From Takakia lepidozioides (taxonomy: Eukaryota > Plantae > Bryophyta), in NCBI GenBank assembly GCA_030704615.1, contig CM060734.1:7068001-7132000 (forward strand): DNA of 64,000 bases, written 5' to 3'. This document shows, one piece after another, positions 11,975-24,397 of this stretch. The notes below the pieces were generated by a model. That model saw only the letters and a program-made list of their open reading frames with translations. It had not been told where the DNA came from and searched no databases. Numbering within the stretch: the first letter of the stretch is position 1; every line of letters starts with the position of its first letter. Position numbers and translations under genes: made by a program.

Positions 11975-14460
11975 TTGAGTGTCAACACGGAGGTGCCACT
12001 AGTTGCTGGGGACAGTGCCGGTTCGAGCACTAGCGATACTAGTGAGTACACGAGACAAGGTGTGCGGTTTAGGCCACCTTCACCTCCTGTGTCTTCTACG
12101 GAAGGTTCTGATTCGGATTGTGAATCAGGAGGACTCATACCGGCGGTGCAAGTTGTTTCTTTGCCATTGTTGTGGGACACAATGGAGAAGATGTATGGAG
12201 CTACCAAGGGGCCACGAAGGTACTCTGGGGCGGTGGGCACCATCGAGTTGGATGATTTTATCCAAGAGTTTGATAGTTGGTGTGATTTGCAGCAAATGCG
12301 CAATCCACAACTATTTACGCCTTTCATGGCATGGAAGGGGCTGTTTCAGCACCTTGAGGGGCCGCCTATGGATGATTACCATGAGTTCAGGCGGGGGCAT
12401 GAGGTTGAGATCGAGGAGTGGAGGATGTACTAGTCACCCGACTATGTCTCCATCACTAGGGGCACTAGAGCCACGAGGGCAGTGGCTACACCTGCCGCTG
12501 CACCAGCAGCTTCAGCAAGTAGCAGTGGGACTGGTGGTATAGTAGCTACGACGTCCACCCAAGCCACTACCGCACCAGCACTAGCACCAACCCTGTTGTG
12601 GAGTTCTTCGAAGAGTTGAGAGGGAACTACCAAGGGGTGAGGACAGAGAAGTTGCGGAGCTTGCAAGAGTTCCAACGGAAGCCAACCGAGAGCTTGAGGG
12701 AGGCTTTCACTCGCATGAGGCGCTTGATAAATGTAACCCAAGGGGTTACGGAAGCTCAGGCAGTCCAATTCTAGTATGGGATATTGGACAAGGAGCTGAG
12801 GAGAAGGGTGCGGGATGCAACTCTCCTACAAGCGGCCCAACCCACCTTAGCAAATGTGTTTTTGCTGGCAGAGCGGATAGAGCTCAACATGGTGGAGGAA
12901 CAAGTGGTCACGGTGGGATTTGCTAAGGAGACACCACGGGGTAGTGGTGCTCCTAGCCAACCACTACCTCAACGTGCTCAAGGCAACAAGGGGGCTCAGG
13001 TGAAGCTCGGGGAAGGGCAGAGAGGACCTCAGATGCAGGGGTCTCTCCCTTCATTTGCTGGCCAACAACGGGCGGATGTGGTGTGCTGGACATGTGGAGG
13101 ACCCCATGTCAAGAAGGATTGCCCAGAGGGAGGCAAAGGGCCGGCACATGCACAGCCTGCACAGTTGTAGTGTGGGCATTGTGGTAAGCACGGGCATGGA
13201 GAGGCCCAGTGTTATGGTTTGCATCCTGAGTTGCGCCCAGGCCAGTTCCAAGGGAACAATGGTGGCCGGGGGCGAGGTGGAGTAGCCCAGAGAGGACGAG
13301 GTGGCCAGCCACGAGGTGCAGGCCAAGGGCAAGCTCAACATGGCCAAGGACGCGGAGGTCAAGGTGTTGACCAAGGCATGGCCAACCGGCTTTAGCAGCT
13401 AGAGCAGAGGTTCGATGCCATGGCTACAGCTCAGGTGGTACCGGCTCTAAGGCCGGATGGTCCACCTCCTGCTCCTGAGGGAGGAGATATGGGAGGCTGG
13501 GATTCATGTGTGGAGCAGCACTACCACTAGTGCAGGTGGAGTCTGCTGCAGCCGTGACTCGAGGAGCAGCACGAGTTCCTGAGCCACGAGGTGCAGAGGT
13601 GGAGTTGGATCCACAGTGTGGGGGGAGGCAAGCCGTCAGGCTAGGCTTCCTCAGTCATTCACATTGGCGGAGACAGTGTCGACGCCATCCATGGCACCTA
13701 GTTCTCGCCCGACTGTTACCGAGGCAGAGGTTACTATGCCATTGGGGAGAGCTACACGGGTAGCACCACTACCTAGTGTCGCCAAGGCTACGGCAGCTAG
13801 TGTGCTACTAGGAGCGGCCACATCTATGTGCCAGGCTCCATTGTTCTCGGCTACCATGATTGCGACGCCGAGGGTAAGACCAGCTGAGGTGTTCAGGCTG
13901 GCAGCTACACTCTGTGAGAGTGGGGAGGTTACTTCATTTTCTGCAGAGATACTGGGAGGTGTAGTGCCGGAGGGATCCTTGGATTTGAGGGTCAAGACTG
14001 CCACAGCGGCGCCATGGCAAGCTGCAGCTGCCACGTTGATGCAGCTGCCAGCTAGGCCAGCCATTAAGCGCGCCATGGTGACACCTGGAGTTGTCATGTT
14101 AGACAACTAGGATGGCATTTTCTGTTTGAGTGGACTGGCAGGCAAGAGGTACCGGCCACTGCGGGTCTTGTTGGACTCGGGAGCTCAGCCATTGATGTTG
14201 GGCAGAGCTGCTATTGCAGGCTTGGGCCTCACGGAGGCGGATATGGAGCCTTGTCTTTTCCAGATACAGACGTCTCTGGGAGGATCGAAGCAGGCTCGGG
14301 GCATGACATGACGTGAGTTGGCTATCAAACTACGGCCGGATCACCCTACAGATAGCTCAGTGATGCGAGCCAAGGCCATTGTGACAGACGCGGTCTCATA
14401 CGATGTCCTGGTTGGTGGGGCAGTGTTGTACCCCATGGGCTTCACCCTGGATTTTTAGGA
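11975..14460 (+). pseudogene. gag and aspartic protease of gypsy family B
   Basis: Gag-like ORF pieces with Zn knuckles CWTCGGPHVKKDC and CGHCGKHGHGEAQC, and protease LLDSGAQP. Ends at ...GFTLDF*E. Many in-frame stops. Confidence 0.8.
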
Positions 14461-14611
14461 GGATGTTCTCTGTCGGCCAGGTGTCGGCCTCTCCCCCCGA
14501 GACAACTTCATCCGAATGGCTTCTAATGGAAATTCAGCGCCGTTTTTCCATCCGAGGGATATTCTCTGTCGGCCAGGTGTCGGCCTATCCCCCTGAGACG
14601 ACTTCATCCGA
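14461..14611 (-). repeat. About 1.5 units of the 96-bp palindrome-containing repeat
   Basis: Reverse complement of the 24398-25330 array. Confidence 0.85.
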
Positions 14612-15035
14612 CACGTTGGTTCCCATTGTCACAAATTGACGAGGGGTAACTTGCGGGAGGCTGCCCACGAGGCAGAGCAGCTCATTCAAGAGAAGGTTAA
14701 GTTGAGACCTGGTGCCAAACCCAAACAGATACAGCTGCAGGCCGCCCATAAGATGGCATTGGCCAGAATTATGTCGGAAGACGGCTCCGACAGAGTTCCT
14801 CTCGATGAAAAGGAAATGGAGGCATTGCTGGAGTCGGTGTTCCACATCTGTTCACTGAATGTCCGAAACCACATTGTCTCCTGCAAACAGAGAATTGGGC
14901 GTGGCTCGGATATGCACTCCATTTTGGAGGTGAAGCGACGATGTAGATATGACTACATTCATGGAAGTAGATTTCCAAGACAAGGGACTGAGGCGGATCA
15001 CTGTTTTGTATTCAAAATGTCAACGTGTGGGCCTA
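14612..15035 (+). pseudogene. MULE transposase internal fragment
   Basis: RGNLREAAHEA...YDYIHGSRFPRQG...VFKMSTCGP, closely similar to about 38725-39146. Confidence 0.8.
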
Positions 15036-16823
15036 GTGCAAGATGGACGTCCAGTGGCTTACGAAAGTAAGAAACTGAATGAAGTGGAGCGACGGTGGCC
15101 GACGCACGAAAAAAAGATGAAGGTGGTGGTGCATTGCCTTGAGCTTTGGCGCCACTATGTTGGTTCCAACCCAGTGAAGGTATTCACGGACAATGTCACA
15201 GTGAAGTATTTTGCCACGCAGCCCAAGTTGTCCCCAAAACAACTTAGGTGGCAAGATACTTTGGCGGTGTTCGACGTGGATATCCAGTACAAACCGGGAC
15301 GGGACAATGTGGTGGCCGATGCTTTAAGTAGAAAGCAGCAGCTCCTGTTGGTGTACAGGGGCGAGACGACGCTCCAAAGGAAGATCCGGAAGGCTTGCCG
15401 GAAGGATGAGCTGGCGAGGTCCGTGATGCAGGACTTGAGGATGGGGGTTAAATTGCAGTTCCACTTGCAAAATGGACTGCTCCGGTATAAGCAAAAACGT
15501 CTCTACGTGCCAAAGGGAGGGATCAGAGATAGCCTCTTGAGAGAATGCCGTGATAGCCCGCTTGCGAGCCACGGCGGAGCCAAGCGCACTGCGGCACTCT
15601 TGAAGAAAGAGTATTTCTGGCCCAAACTGAGGGAGGAGGCAGAGGAGTATGTCAAGACATGCACCACATGCCAACAAAACCGGAGCGAGTACAAAAAGCA
15701 AGCGGGGCTGTTACAACCCTTGCCGATTCCAGAGGGGACTTGGGAAAGCGTCTCGATGGATTTCATGACTGCTATGCCGCTGTCAAAAGGATTCGATGCA
15801 ATCATGGTGGTGGTGGATAGGTTCAGTAAAATGGGCCATTTCATCCCCACCAAGGAGACGGCAACGGCGCAGGAGACAGGGCGACTTTATTTCGCCCACG
15901 TCCTAAAGCATCATGGAGTCCTGAAGGATATTGTCTCGGACCGCGATCCAAAGTTTACGAGTAAATTTTGGAGGGCACTTTGGAAGAAGATGGGGACGAG
16001 GCTAAAGATAAGCACCGCCTTCTGACCTACGACCGACGGCCAAACAGAAAGAGTGAATTCCGTAGTGAAGCAGATCTTGCGGAATTACGTGTCGGCAGAC
16101 CAAACAAACTGGGTGGAACACTTAGACGCGGCAGAGTTCTGTTATAATAACACAGAACACTCTGCAACGGGAGTTTCCCCTTTTGTATTGGTCTATGGAA
16201 AAGCACCTCTGGTGCCGACAAGTTGGGCCGCCCAGGACGTTGAGGAACCGGCAGTAGCGGCGGTACTGGAAGAACGCGAGCGTTTGTTGAAGCTCGCAAA
16301 GTACAACATTGCCAAAGCTAGGAAATGGTATGAAAGGCAGGCGAATCGGAAGCGGAGGGAAGTGAAGTTTGAGGCAGGCACGGAGGTCTGGTTGAACATC
16401 AAGAATTTCCGACTACCTCCGGAAGTGAGCCCGAAGTTCGTGCCTCCGTATGCGGGACCCTTTCGCATTCGAAAGGTTATGAATGAGGATGTGTATGAAT
16501 TGGAGCTGCCGGCAAACAACAAAGTGCACCCAGTACTCCATGTCTCCCTTTTGAAGCCTTACTTCAAAGATGAAGCACGTCCGAATCGGCATCAAGTGTT
16601 GCGTCCGCCACCTATGCTGTTGGATCATGAAAATGAACCTGAGTACGAGGTGGAGGCAATACTTAAGTCGAGGAGGTTCAAGAACCAAGAAACGGAGTAT
16701 CTCGTCAAATGGAAGGGCTATCATCGTGTGGAGGCATCTTGGGTGCATGCCTCAGAAATGGGAAACGCGTCCGAGGCGGTTGCAGCTTTCGAAGGGCGAC
16801 CTCAAAAGCGGAAGAAGCGTTGA
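15036..16823 (+). pseudogene. Chromovirus pol 3' part: RNase H, integrase, chromodomain
   Basis: QDGRPVAYES, ADALSR, Zn finger, SMDF...SDRD...GQTE, chromodomain EYEVEAILKSRR...EYLVKWKGY...ASW. Stop at about 16023. Confidence 0.92.
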
Positions 16824-17710
16824 TGGGGACATCAACCTTGGAGCGTGGGGGAGGAAATGCATGCTTAGCCCGGTTTAGCTAGCTTAGGAATCCGATTGCA
16901 AAAACTTGTATTGTACAAAATGTGCTATAAATGAAATGGATTCCAAATGTTATGTGTCCTATTTTGTTTGGAATAGTGATGCATGGTATGGTTGGCTAGT
17001 GTGTAGAATGCATGCTAGCTTATAAAAGTGGGAGAGGTAGATTGGGTTAATCGTGTGTTTGCGTAGTGCCGAAATCGAGTGACCCCCATCCAATGGGCAA
17101 GGAAACTTGCGCCTTCTTTGGGAGTTCACGTGCTAGTGCGCACCTGGCGCGTGCTACCGAGGGGGTTGCCTTGTAGTGCGGGCTAACGCGGAAGCTACAT
17201 GCTTCCGTTCACGTACTATAATCGTGTAGCCTTGGGACGAAGTCGTAGTGCGGCTTCGGCGTGTTCCCGTACCTCAGGCCAGCATTCCAAGGCGGACCCA
17301 ATTGTAGTGATTGGGGCGCACGGTTGGTTCAAGGTTATCTTCCTAGTCAAAGAGGGTTGCAGGTGAACCCTTGCTCAAGGTGATGCCAAAAGCGGCATCA
17401 TGAGCGATCGCAAACAATGTTGTTGCAGTAAGGCGATTCGATCCTCGGGGAGGATCATTCCTTGGCCTTGAAGTAGGCCAAGAAGAGTGCACTGGGAGGA
17501 GCTGGAGAGGCTCCACCCTTGGCCGGGACTTGGAGGAAGTCGGCCGAACTAGCTAGTGGAGAGTAGAGTCAAGTGTGGGGTTTGGTTCTTTGTCATGGGA
17601 CGCCATGGTACGGAAACAAACTCCTTGATGTGGGACGCCACAACTTGGATGTTCGTTTCTACAAAATGGACAAGTCGATGAGGACATCGACTCCCTGTTG
17701 GTAGGGTGTG

Positions 17711-18437
17711 TGTCGCGGCCCTTTGCCTTGAGGGCAGGGGGTCGGGACACATGAGGGGCTGCCCCTGTGGTGGGGGCAGCGGCAACGATAGGTTGGGGGG
17801 GCTGAAGCACCCTTGAGTGCCCAAGGCACTCAAGGAGGCGGAGGCGCTCACTAGGTGGAGCCCCGCACACCGGGTTGCGGTGGGGGTGGCTCCACAAGGG
17901 GTGGTGATAGCTTAGCGGGACTTAGTGGGGGTGGCATAGGACTCACCATGGGGGCGGAGACCTCGTGGTGGGAGTGTGGGGAGTCTTGGGACTCATCACG
18001 GTCCATAGGGGCCGTGGTGAGCGGGCCTAGACTCACCGCGACTCATCACCGGGAGTCGAGGGTTTTCGTGGTGGTTCGCCATAAAATGGCATGGCTGGTT
18101 GTGAAACCCCTACGGACAGCTACAGAAGTATATATAGGGAGTAGTAACCCCGAGAACGGTGCAAGCCCGTTGGTGACCAAAAACTAGTGAGTAAGCGAGC
18201 GAGCCGGAAAGCGACCAAAGAGTGGGGAGCTGTTCCGGACTGCCAACTACCAAAGGGAATTCCCGCTGGTTCCAAATAGGTGGAGGGTTCTTTGGGAGAA
18301 CAAAGGGGGACCGTTATGCCCCGGTGAGCAGCCGAAGCTCCAAGTTGGCCTGGCGGTCAGGTTGGGAGTCAGGCGCGCGCATCAAAGCGAGTAACTATGA
18401 CTTGAGGGGGGAGCTTACCGAAGTGAGGTGCGCGACA
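17711..18437 (+). repeat. Chromovirus 3' LTR (727 bp)
   Basis: TGTCGCG...CGCGACA terminal inverted repeat, preceded by a G-rich tract. Matches four other copies. Confidence 0.9.
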
Positions 18438-19035
18438 GTGGTTGTCTCGTCTAGCTTTATTGAGTACTTTAATCCCAATCAGAAAAGTTTGCTACACTAG
18501 TTATATTTTCAGGGAAGGATGTTCAAATTATGAATATTGTCATATGATCATAGAAGCAGTAGAGTACTAGATACCCAAAAACTTGTTACAAGTCGGATAC
18601 ACTGATAAAAACAAATGGTATTATTGTGCCCATTAAAAGATTGGTGATCAATCAGTAAAGGAAAATTAAGTCGTGATACGGATTCTGGCAGGATGGTGTA
18701 AATCTTGGAGAAAGGGTAGAGACCACTATAATTTTCTTTACTGACATACCAAGGCTTATTAAAGGGTACTGAAAAGGAATTCTGTATATGATGTGGGAAT
18801 GAATGAGGAAAATAAGGAAAAAGCTAAGCAAGACAAAGCTGAAAGAATAGAGAAATATGCTATAGAAAGGGAAGCTCGTTTGAGAAAAGAGTTCCCGGAA
18901 TTACAAAACTTGAATATTATTCAAGGAGAGGCATCAAGACAAACTGACAGTGATAAACCAGAAGATCGGGAAATCAGATCTCCGGAAAGTGAGAACACTA
19001 CACCAGAAGGGGTTGCAAGTAATGCAACTTGGTGA
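18438..19035 (+). pseudogene. Fragment of a family-A-related element (leader and gag N-terminus)
   Basis: ORF 18793-19035 (KAERIEKYAIEREARLRKEFPEL...IIQGEAS) resembles the gag start at 46746 (REARLQRYSAKRESYLKANYPYL...IDIGESS). Confidence 0.5.
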
Positions 19036-19084
19036 ACTCTTTTATTTTATTTTAAATAATAATAATAATAATAATGCACTTGGC

Positions 19085-19304
19085 GAATGCACCATGTCAC
19101 CTTCCCAATGTCGATGGCAGAGTTGACCCAAACTTGGCAGTGGTACCTGCAGGTTTGAGGTGCATGCTCTGTGGGTCTGCCAAAGGGGCAGCCACCATGC
19201 TGGTGTGTGATCGATGCTCAAGGGGTTGGCATATGGGATGTTTGACACCACCTCTTGAGAAGGTTCCTGACGGAGATTGGTTGTGTCCACACTGCTTGGG
19301 ATAG
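19085..19304 (+). CDS. PHD finger, probable C-terminus of family B integrase (inverted relative to the pol body)
   Basis: CMLC...MLVCDRCSRGWHMGCLTPPLEKVPDGDWLCPHC is a C4HC3 PHD. It is preceded by APCHLPNVDG, which fits on after the integrase tail ending WKDYV at about 19830. Confidence 0.8.
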
Positions 19305-19819
19305 TGGCAGTGGACATGACTGGAGGCAGCTAACAAGACATGGGAGGCCAAGCTCATAGGAGTCAATACATGAGATCCCAAGCTCAAGTTCACAGGTTGC
19401 AAGACGGCGACTAACGATGGGGCAACTCTTGCACCCGGCCTCTTGATCTATCGAGTTTGAGTGTAGTAGGGATAGTGGTGGAAGACTTAGTGAGGCTATG
19501 GTCACTATCACATCTTGTGGCTACCTGGACTTAGAGGGACCTAAGCACCAGCTAGGGGGACGATTGTGTGGACTAGTGACTGCCATAGTGGGCAGCATAG
19601 TGGCAGCCTAGTGACTGACTAGTTGTAGCCTAGTGGTTGGACTAGTGGCTGGACTAGTGGTGGACTAGTGGTATACTAGTGTGTGGTGTGCACATGTGTT
19701 GTGTGGTTTTGGACAGCGATGTAGTTGTGTAGCGATATGTATGCGCACGACAGCTGTCAAGTTATTTTACCACAGTGTGAAATTAGCTAGGAAATAGCTA
19801 GCTTTTACATATTGACATT

Positions 19820-22800
19820 TGGGATTGGCACATAGTCCTTCCAAGTCATGCCATCCCGACCCTCCAAGATCAGGACCCCTGAGGGCAACACCTCTCAAAC
19901 CCTCAGAATAACACGCCCTACAGTAACATCGAGAGTCGTAGGAGCAGTCTGCTACAAATAAACATAGTCACCAGGGCTAAACCTCCGAACCCCAGGACGA
20001 TATCCTCCACCACGTATGGTGGCATACCTCAACGTATCACGGTGCTGTGCAATGGCAAGGTTCGCAAAAGCCATGGGCATGACTTTCTTGAACAATTCTG
20101 CATGCTGATCACATGCACGTACCCACACGTCCGGATCGTCAAGGTTAAGGACTTGAGCAGTGTCCCTACGAATGGCTGCAGGCAAATCCGGCTCTCGGCC
20201 AAAGAGAAGGAAATATGGTGAGAAGGAAGCAAGTGATGCTTGTTTGATGAACCTGTAGCCCATGGCTAACCAAGGAACCTGAAGATCCCAATCTCCTAGG
20301 TGTCCCTTCTGCAAGCCATACTTGCGCAAACCCCTCTTCACCGTCTGAACAACTCTCTCTGCCAAGCCATCGGCCTCAGGATGATCCCGAGAAGTGGTGC
20401 GGTGGTCTATCGAGGCTTTATCACATAAAGCCTGAAACTCCCCCAAGAACTCTCTCCCTTGGTCCGTGAGTACCTCAGCTGGAGCACCAAATCGGCTAAG
20501 CACACGATCCAAGAATGCATATGCAGCCCCCTCACTAGCCTTGTCAGGCAATGGAACCAACTCAATCCACTTGGAGAAGTGCTCCACCATCACCAACACA
20601 TATCTGTGGTGGCGCATAGTCAGTGGCAACGGTCCTGCGAAGTCAAGACTCCACCTGTAGCCCAATCCCATGATTGGTAAAGGATGCAACTGTGGTGTAG
20701 GGGCGTTGAATGAAGCACGCACCCTGTCATACACCATGCACCTAGCCACGAACTGTTGCACCTCTGTATGCATACCACGCCACCAATACTGCCCCTGCAG
20801 TAAACTGTGAGTGCGTCGCACTCCAAAATGCCCCAACTCCTCATGGGCATGCCGCACTAACTGTGCACGCTATGTGGGGTGAGGCACAATCCCATCCTCC
20901 CACACTCGAAGTAGGTGTATCCCCTCCCACTTGAACCTCTTGGCTCGTTGCAGGATCCGATCCCTCTCCCTGGCAATCACAGTGGCTGCCGTGTCTCCCG
21001 TGCGGAGGTAGTCCAACGCAGCCGAATCCTCATGTATATCTCTGGCACCACCTGGCTCATCACTAGCCTCAGGGTCCTCAGACACTCCGTCTACAGTCAT
21101 CCCTGTAGTAGGTCCAACCTGACCTCCCGATGCCAAGATACACAAAAATGCAGATGCGTGCCATCCCGACACCATCTCCTCGTCCGTCTCACCATGCCAC
21201 CGAGCTCCAGTGTCATCCTGTTGGCTCGTGCGTGGATTGCGACTCAATCCATCCGCATCCCGATTGACCAAACCCGGTCGATGCACAACCTGAAAGTCAT
21301 ACTCCTGGAGTATGAGTGCCCACCGTGCAAGCTTCCCCGTAAGCTTGTCTGACTCCATCAACCACTTGAGTGGTTGGTGATCCGTGACAAGGGTGAAAAG
21401 ATTGCCGTATAGATAGCACCTGAAGTGTGCCACGGCCCACACTGCAGCTAAGCACTCTCCCTCATATGAGCTGTACTTAGCCTCTGCAGCGTTGTTCGAG
21501 CGGCTAGCATAAGCCACTACGAACTCTCTTCCCTCATCATCCACCTGTGTGAGCACTGCTCTAAGCCCCAGCATGCTCCAATCCGTATGCAGCTGAAAGG
21601 GACGCCCCCTGATAGGTTGTCTCAGGATAGGCGCCGAGGTCAACCTCACATTGAGCTCTTGAAAAGCTCGTTCCTGCTCATCTTCCCATTGTCACTCCTG
21701 GTCCACCTTGGTCAGCTTGGTTAGAGCCTTTGCAATGGTACTAAATCCCTTGACAAACCGTCTATAATAGTTTGCCAACCCCATGAAAGCTCGAACTCGG
21801 CTCACATCCGTGGGGCGTGGAATTTGTGCAATGGCCTCTACCTTAGTCTGCTGTACCCCCAATCCTCCAGGATATATCATGTGACCCAGATACTCAATCT
21901 GGTTGTGGAAAAACTTGCACTTCCCCGGATGCAACTTCAATCCGTGCGCTCTCAAGCGCTCCAATACCACCTGAAGGTGTCTCTCATGCTCCTCCATCGT
22001 AACACTAAAGATGATGATGTCATCTATGTAGCACCGAGCAAAGTCCACCCCTGCTAGAATCCTATCCATGACTCTCTGAAACTCTGCAAGAGCATTCTTA
22101 AGCCCAAATGGTAAGAACCGCCACTGATATAGGCAATCCTTGCCGTGCTCATTGATCCCCCAGAATGTCGTCTTCTGCTTGTCCGCCTCCTTGATTGGCA
22201 ACTGGTGATATCCAGATCGTAAATCCAAAGTGCTAAAGGCCTTAGCATGCCCGATGGCATCAAAGATCTCCTCTAGTGTTGGCATGGCATACTTATCGGA
22301 CTTGGTCTGACAATTTACAGGCCGGTAATCACCGCACATACGTCTCTCCGTCCAATTGCCATAGACATCCTTCTTGGCTGGCATCACTGTGGCTGAAGCA
22401 TACTCTCCACCAGAGAGCTCCACCAAACCTGCCTCCTAGAGATCTTGAGTCCTCATCTGAATCAAAGACCTCTCCATGTCACTGTATCTATAGGGTCTCC
22501 GAAAGATTGGCATGTCAGTGGCCAACTCAATACGGATCTCTTGACCCTTCAGTGCTCCCAAGTCCTTCAAACTGAAGGCAAAGCAATTCCTATAAGCCCT
22601 CACGAACCGCCGTATACGTCGTCTCTCTCCTCCGGTGACAATGGGTCCAATGTCAGGCTCCCAATTGTCCTCCGTAACTGCAACCTTAAGTCCAGTGGGC
22701 TTAGAGATAGAGGACGCGTCCAGTGGTTGCTATGTTGCAACCTCTTGAGCAGTACTCCCTGCCTGCTCAGTCAATGACAAAGCCTCATCCTGCCCCATCA

Positions 22801-24396
22801 TCTCATCCTTGAGGACCTCCTCAACCCGGGAAGAATCCCCAACCTCATCCATCACAGCTGCCTTGGTTGCCAACTCCCTCTGAACCTCGAGCACCTCCCA
22901 CGTGTGCCATGGATGCATGCACCCCGTGGTCCTCACATGCTCGCCCCCACTCACTGCCTGTACCGTCTCGGTAGGTAGAGAGACCATCGAGGGAAGTGTA
23001 CTCCGCACTCTGCGTTGCTCAGCCAGAGCCAAGCTGATAATCCAGGCCAAGCAATTGAGATCCATTGCTTGCCCCAACACTTGACGATGTGATGCCTCAG
23101 AAAGAGACGACACCGCCGTGGTACCAGTGGTAAAACCCATTGCCCGCTCACGCTCGTCAGCATTAGGCTCCACTAACTACTGCAACTGAGCATCCCACAG
23201 GAGGCCAGGTCCACTATCCCGGAAAGCATGCGATCCTGGGTAGCTGAGTAGTGTAGGTAATGCTGCTCGTGGTTGACCCACCTTGTTGACCACTGCCAAA
23301 GGCGAACGGTCATCGTGTCTCACACGCTGAGACTGCCTCCCTGTGTCCAGAATGCTATCCACTGTGAGATGTGTTGGCCGCTGCACCCCATCAAATGCAC
23401 GCTAGAGCAGTGCGGGTGGCATCAAGTTAGTCCACCATAGCCGTGGACGATGAGCCCGTGACCCCACTGTAGGTGCATCTAGCAACACTGCTGATCCAAG
23501 CCATGACCGGACTTGATGCACACTGGCCATCACCTTGGCCCGAGAATCGCCCATCAGTGGCACATTCTCCAAGATGTATGATGGAGATATAGCTTGATGA
23601 AGCTGCAAGTGGCGCAAAACCCGCACCATCTCCCAAAACAGACCCGACCTCGAGTCTCGCAATCCATTGTCATGCCCGGCTGATGAATGCCCTTGGCAGG
23701 GCCAATCTGCCACTACCAGATCAATGGAGCCAACCCGCTCCAAATCCTGCGCCCCCAACAACGAAATGTCTGCTGGCAAGGCCTGCTAATATCCACGAAT
23801 TGCAGGCACCGACAACAACTCAGGGTACCGCTGCACCAACTGAGCAACATGGCGAAGTGAAACGCGTCGTGTAGTCTCATCCCTCTCCACATACAGGTAA
23901 CGCCAAACTCGTACACCTGCCTGTAACACCGCAGCCAATCCGGTGCTGATCCCGCCAAACAAGTCTAGAAGACAAATGCCTTCATCCGGATACTGCCACA
24001 CAATAGGTGTGGTATCCAATGGAGACAACCGAGGTGGTCCTAGTGTAATCCCCGCACTCTCCTCCTCTCCTGACGGTACAAAAGCCTTCACCCAGGCTTG
24101 TTGCACCCGTCGATCAGCATCCCGCTGCAAATCCTTGCTCGTGCCCCACAATGGAGTCTGAGCAACCATGATAGGCAACTCCGCCATACCATACATGTCA
24201 TCCTGCTCTCCCGGAGGTGGCACATCCTCTGAATGAGCGTTGCCCTCAAGCAACTTTCTAGGCCAACTCACTGCCGCTGTGAATGCTGCTAGTGTCGGCA
24301 TCTTGCCTCACTGAGCAGCCACAACTCCTCCTATGAATGTCACAGGGAGCTGCATATGCCGGCCCTCCCCTGACTGCCATGCAGGCCTATAAGCCC
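19820..24396 (-). pseudogene. pol of gypsy family B: C5-DNMT, RT, RNase H, integrase
   Basis: Seven ORF pieces (24301 to 19952) share one reading frame. RT LPFGLKNA...YIDD, RH LHTDWS...EGECLA...TDH...ADGLSR, INT SLDF...TDQG...GLAER. Confidence 0.9.
23030..23990 (-). pseudogene. C5-cytosine DNA methyltransferase domain inside pol
   Basis: Motif I LDLFGG, IV WPCQG, VI ILENV, VIII AHRPRLWWTNL, IX ERERAMGF, X VLGQAMD. Three in-frame TAG stops. Confidence 0.88.
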
Positions 24397-24397
24397 G

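Noticed and set aside
17549-18500. Short ORFs within the chromovirus LTRs (also at 27, 34-35 and 36 kb)
   Set aside because: They lie in GC-rich LTR sequence and frames are disrupted differently between copies.
23030-23990. Host DNMT gene or bacterial restriction-modification methylase
   Set aside because: It is intronless and in frame with RT-RH-INT, so it is part of pol.
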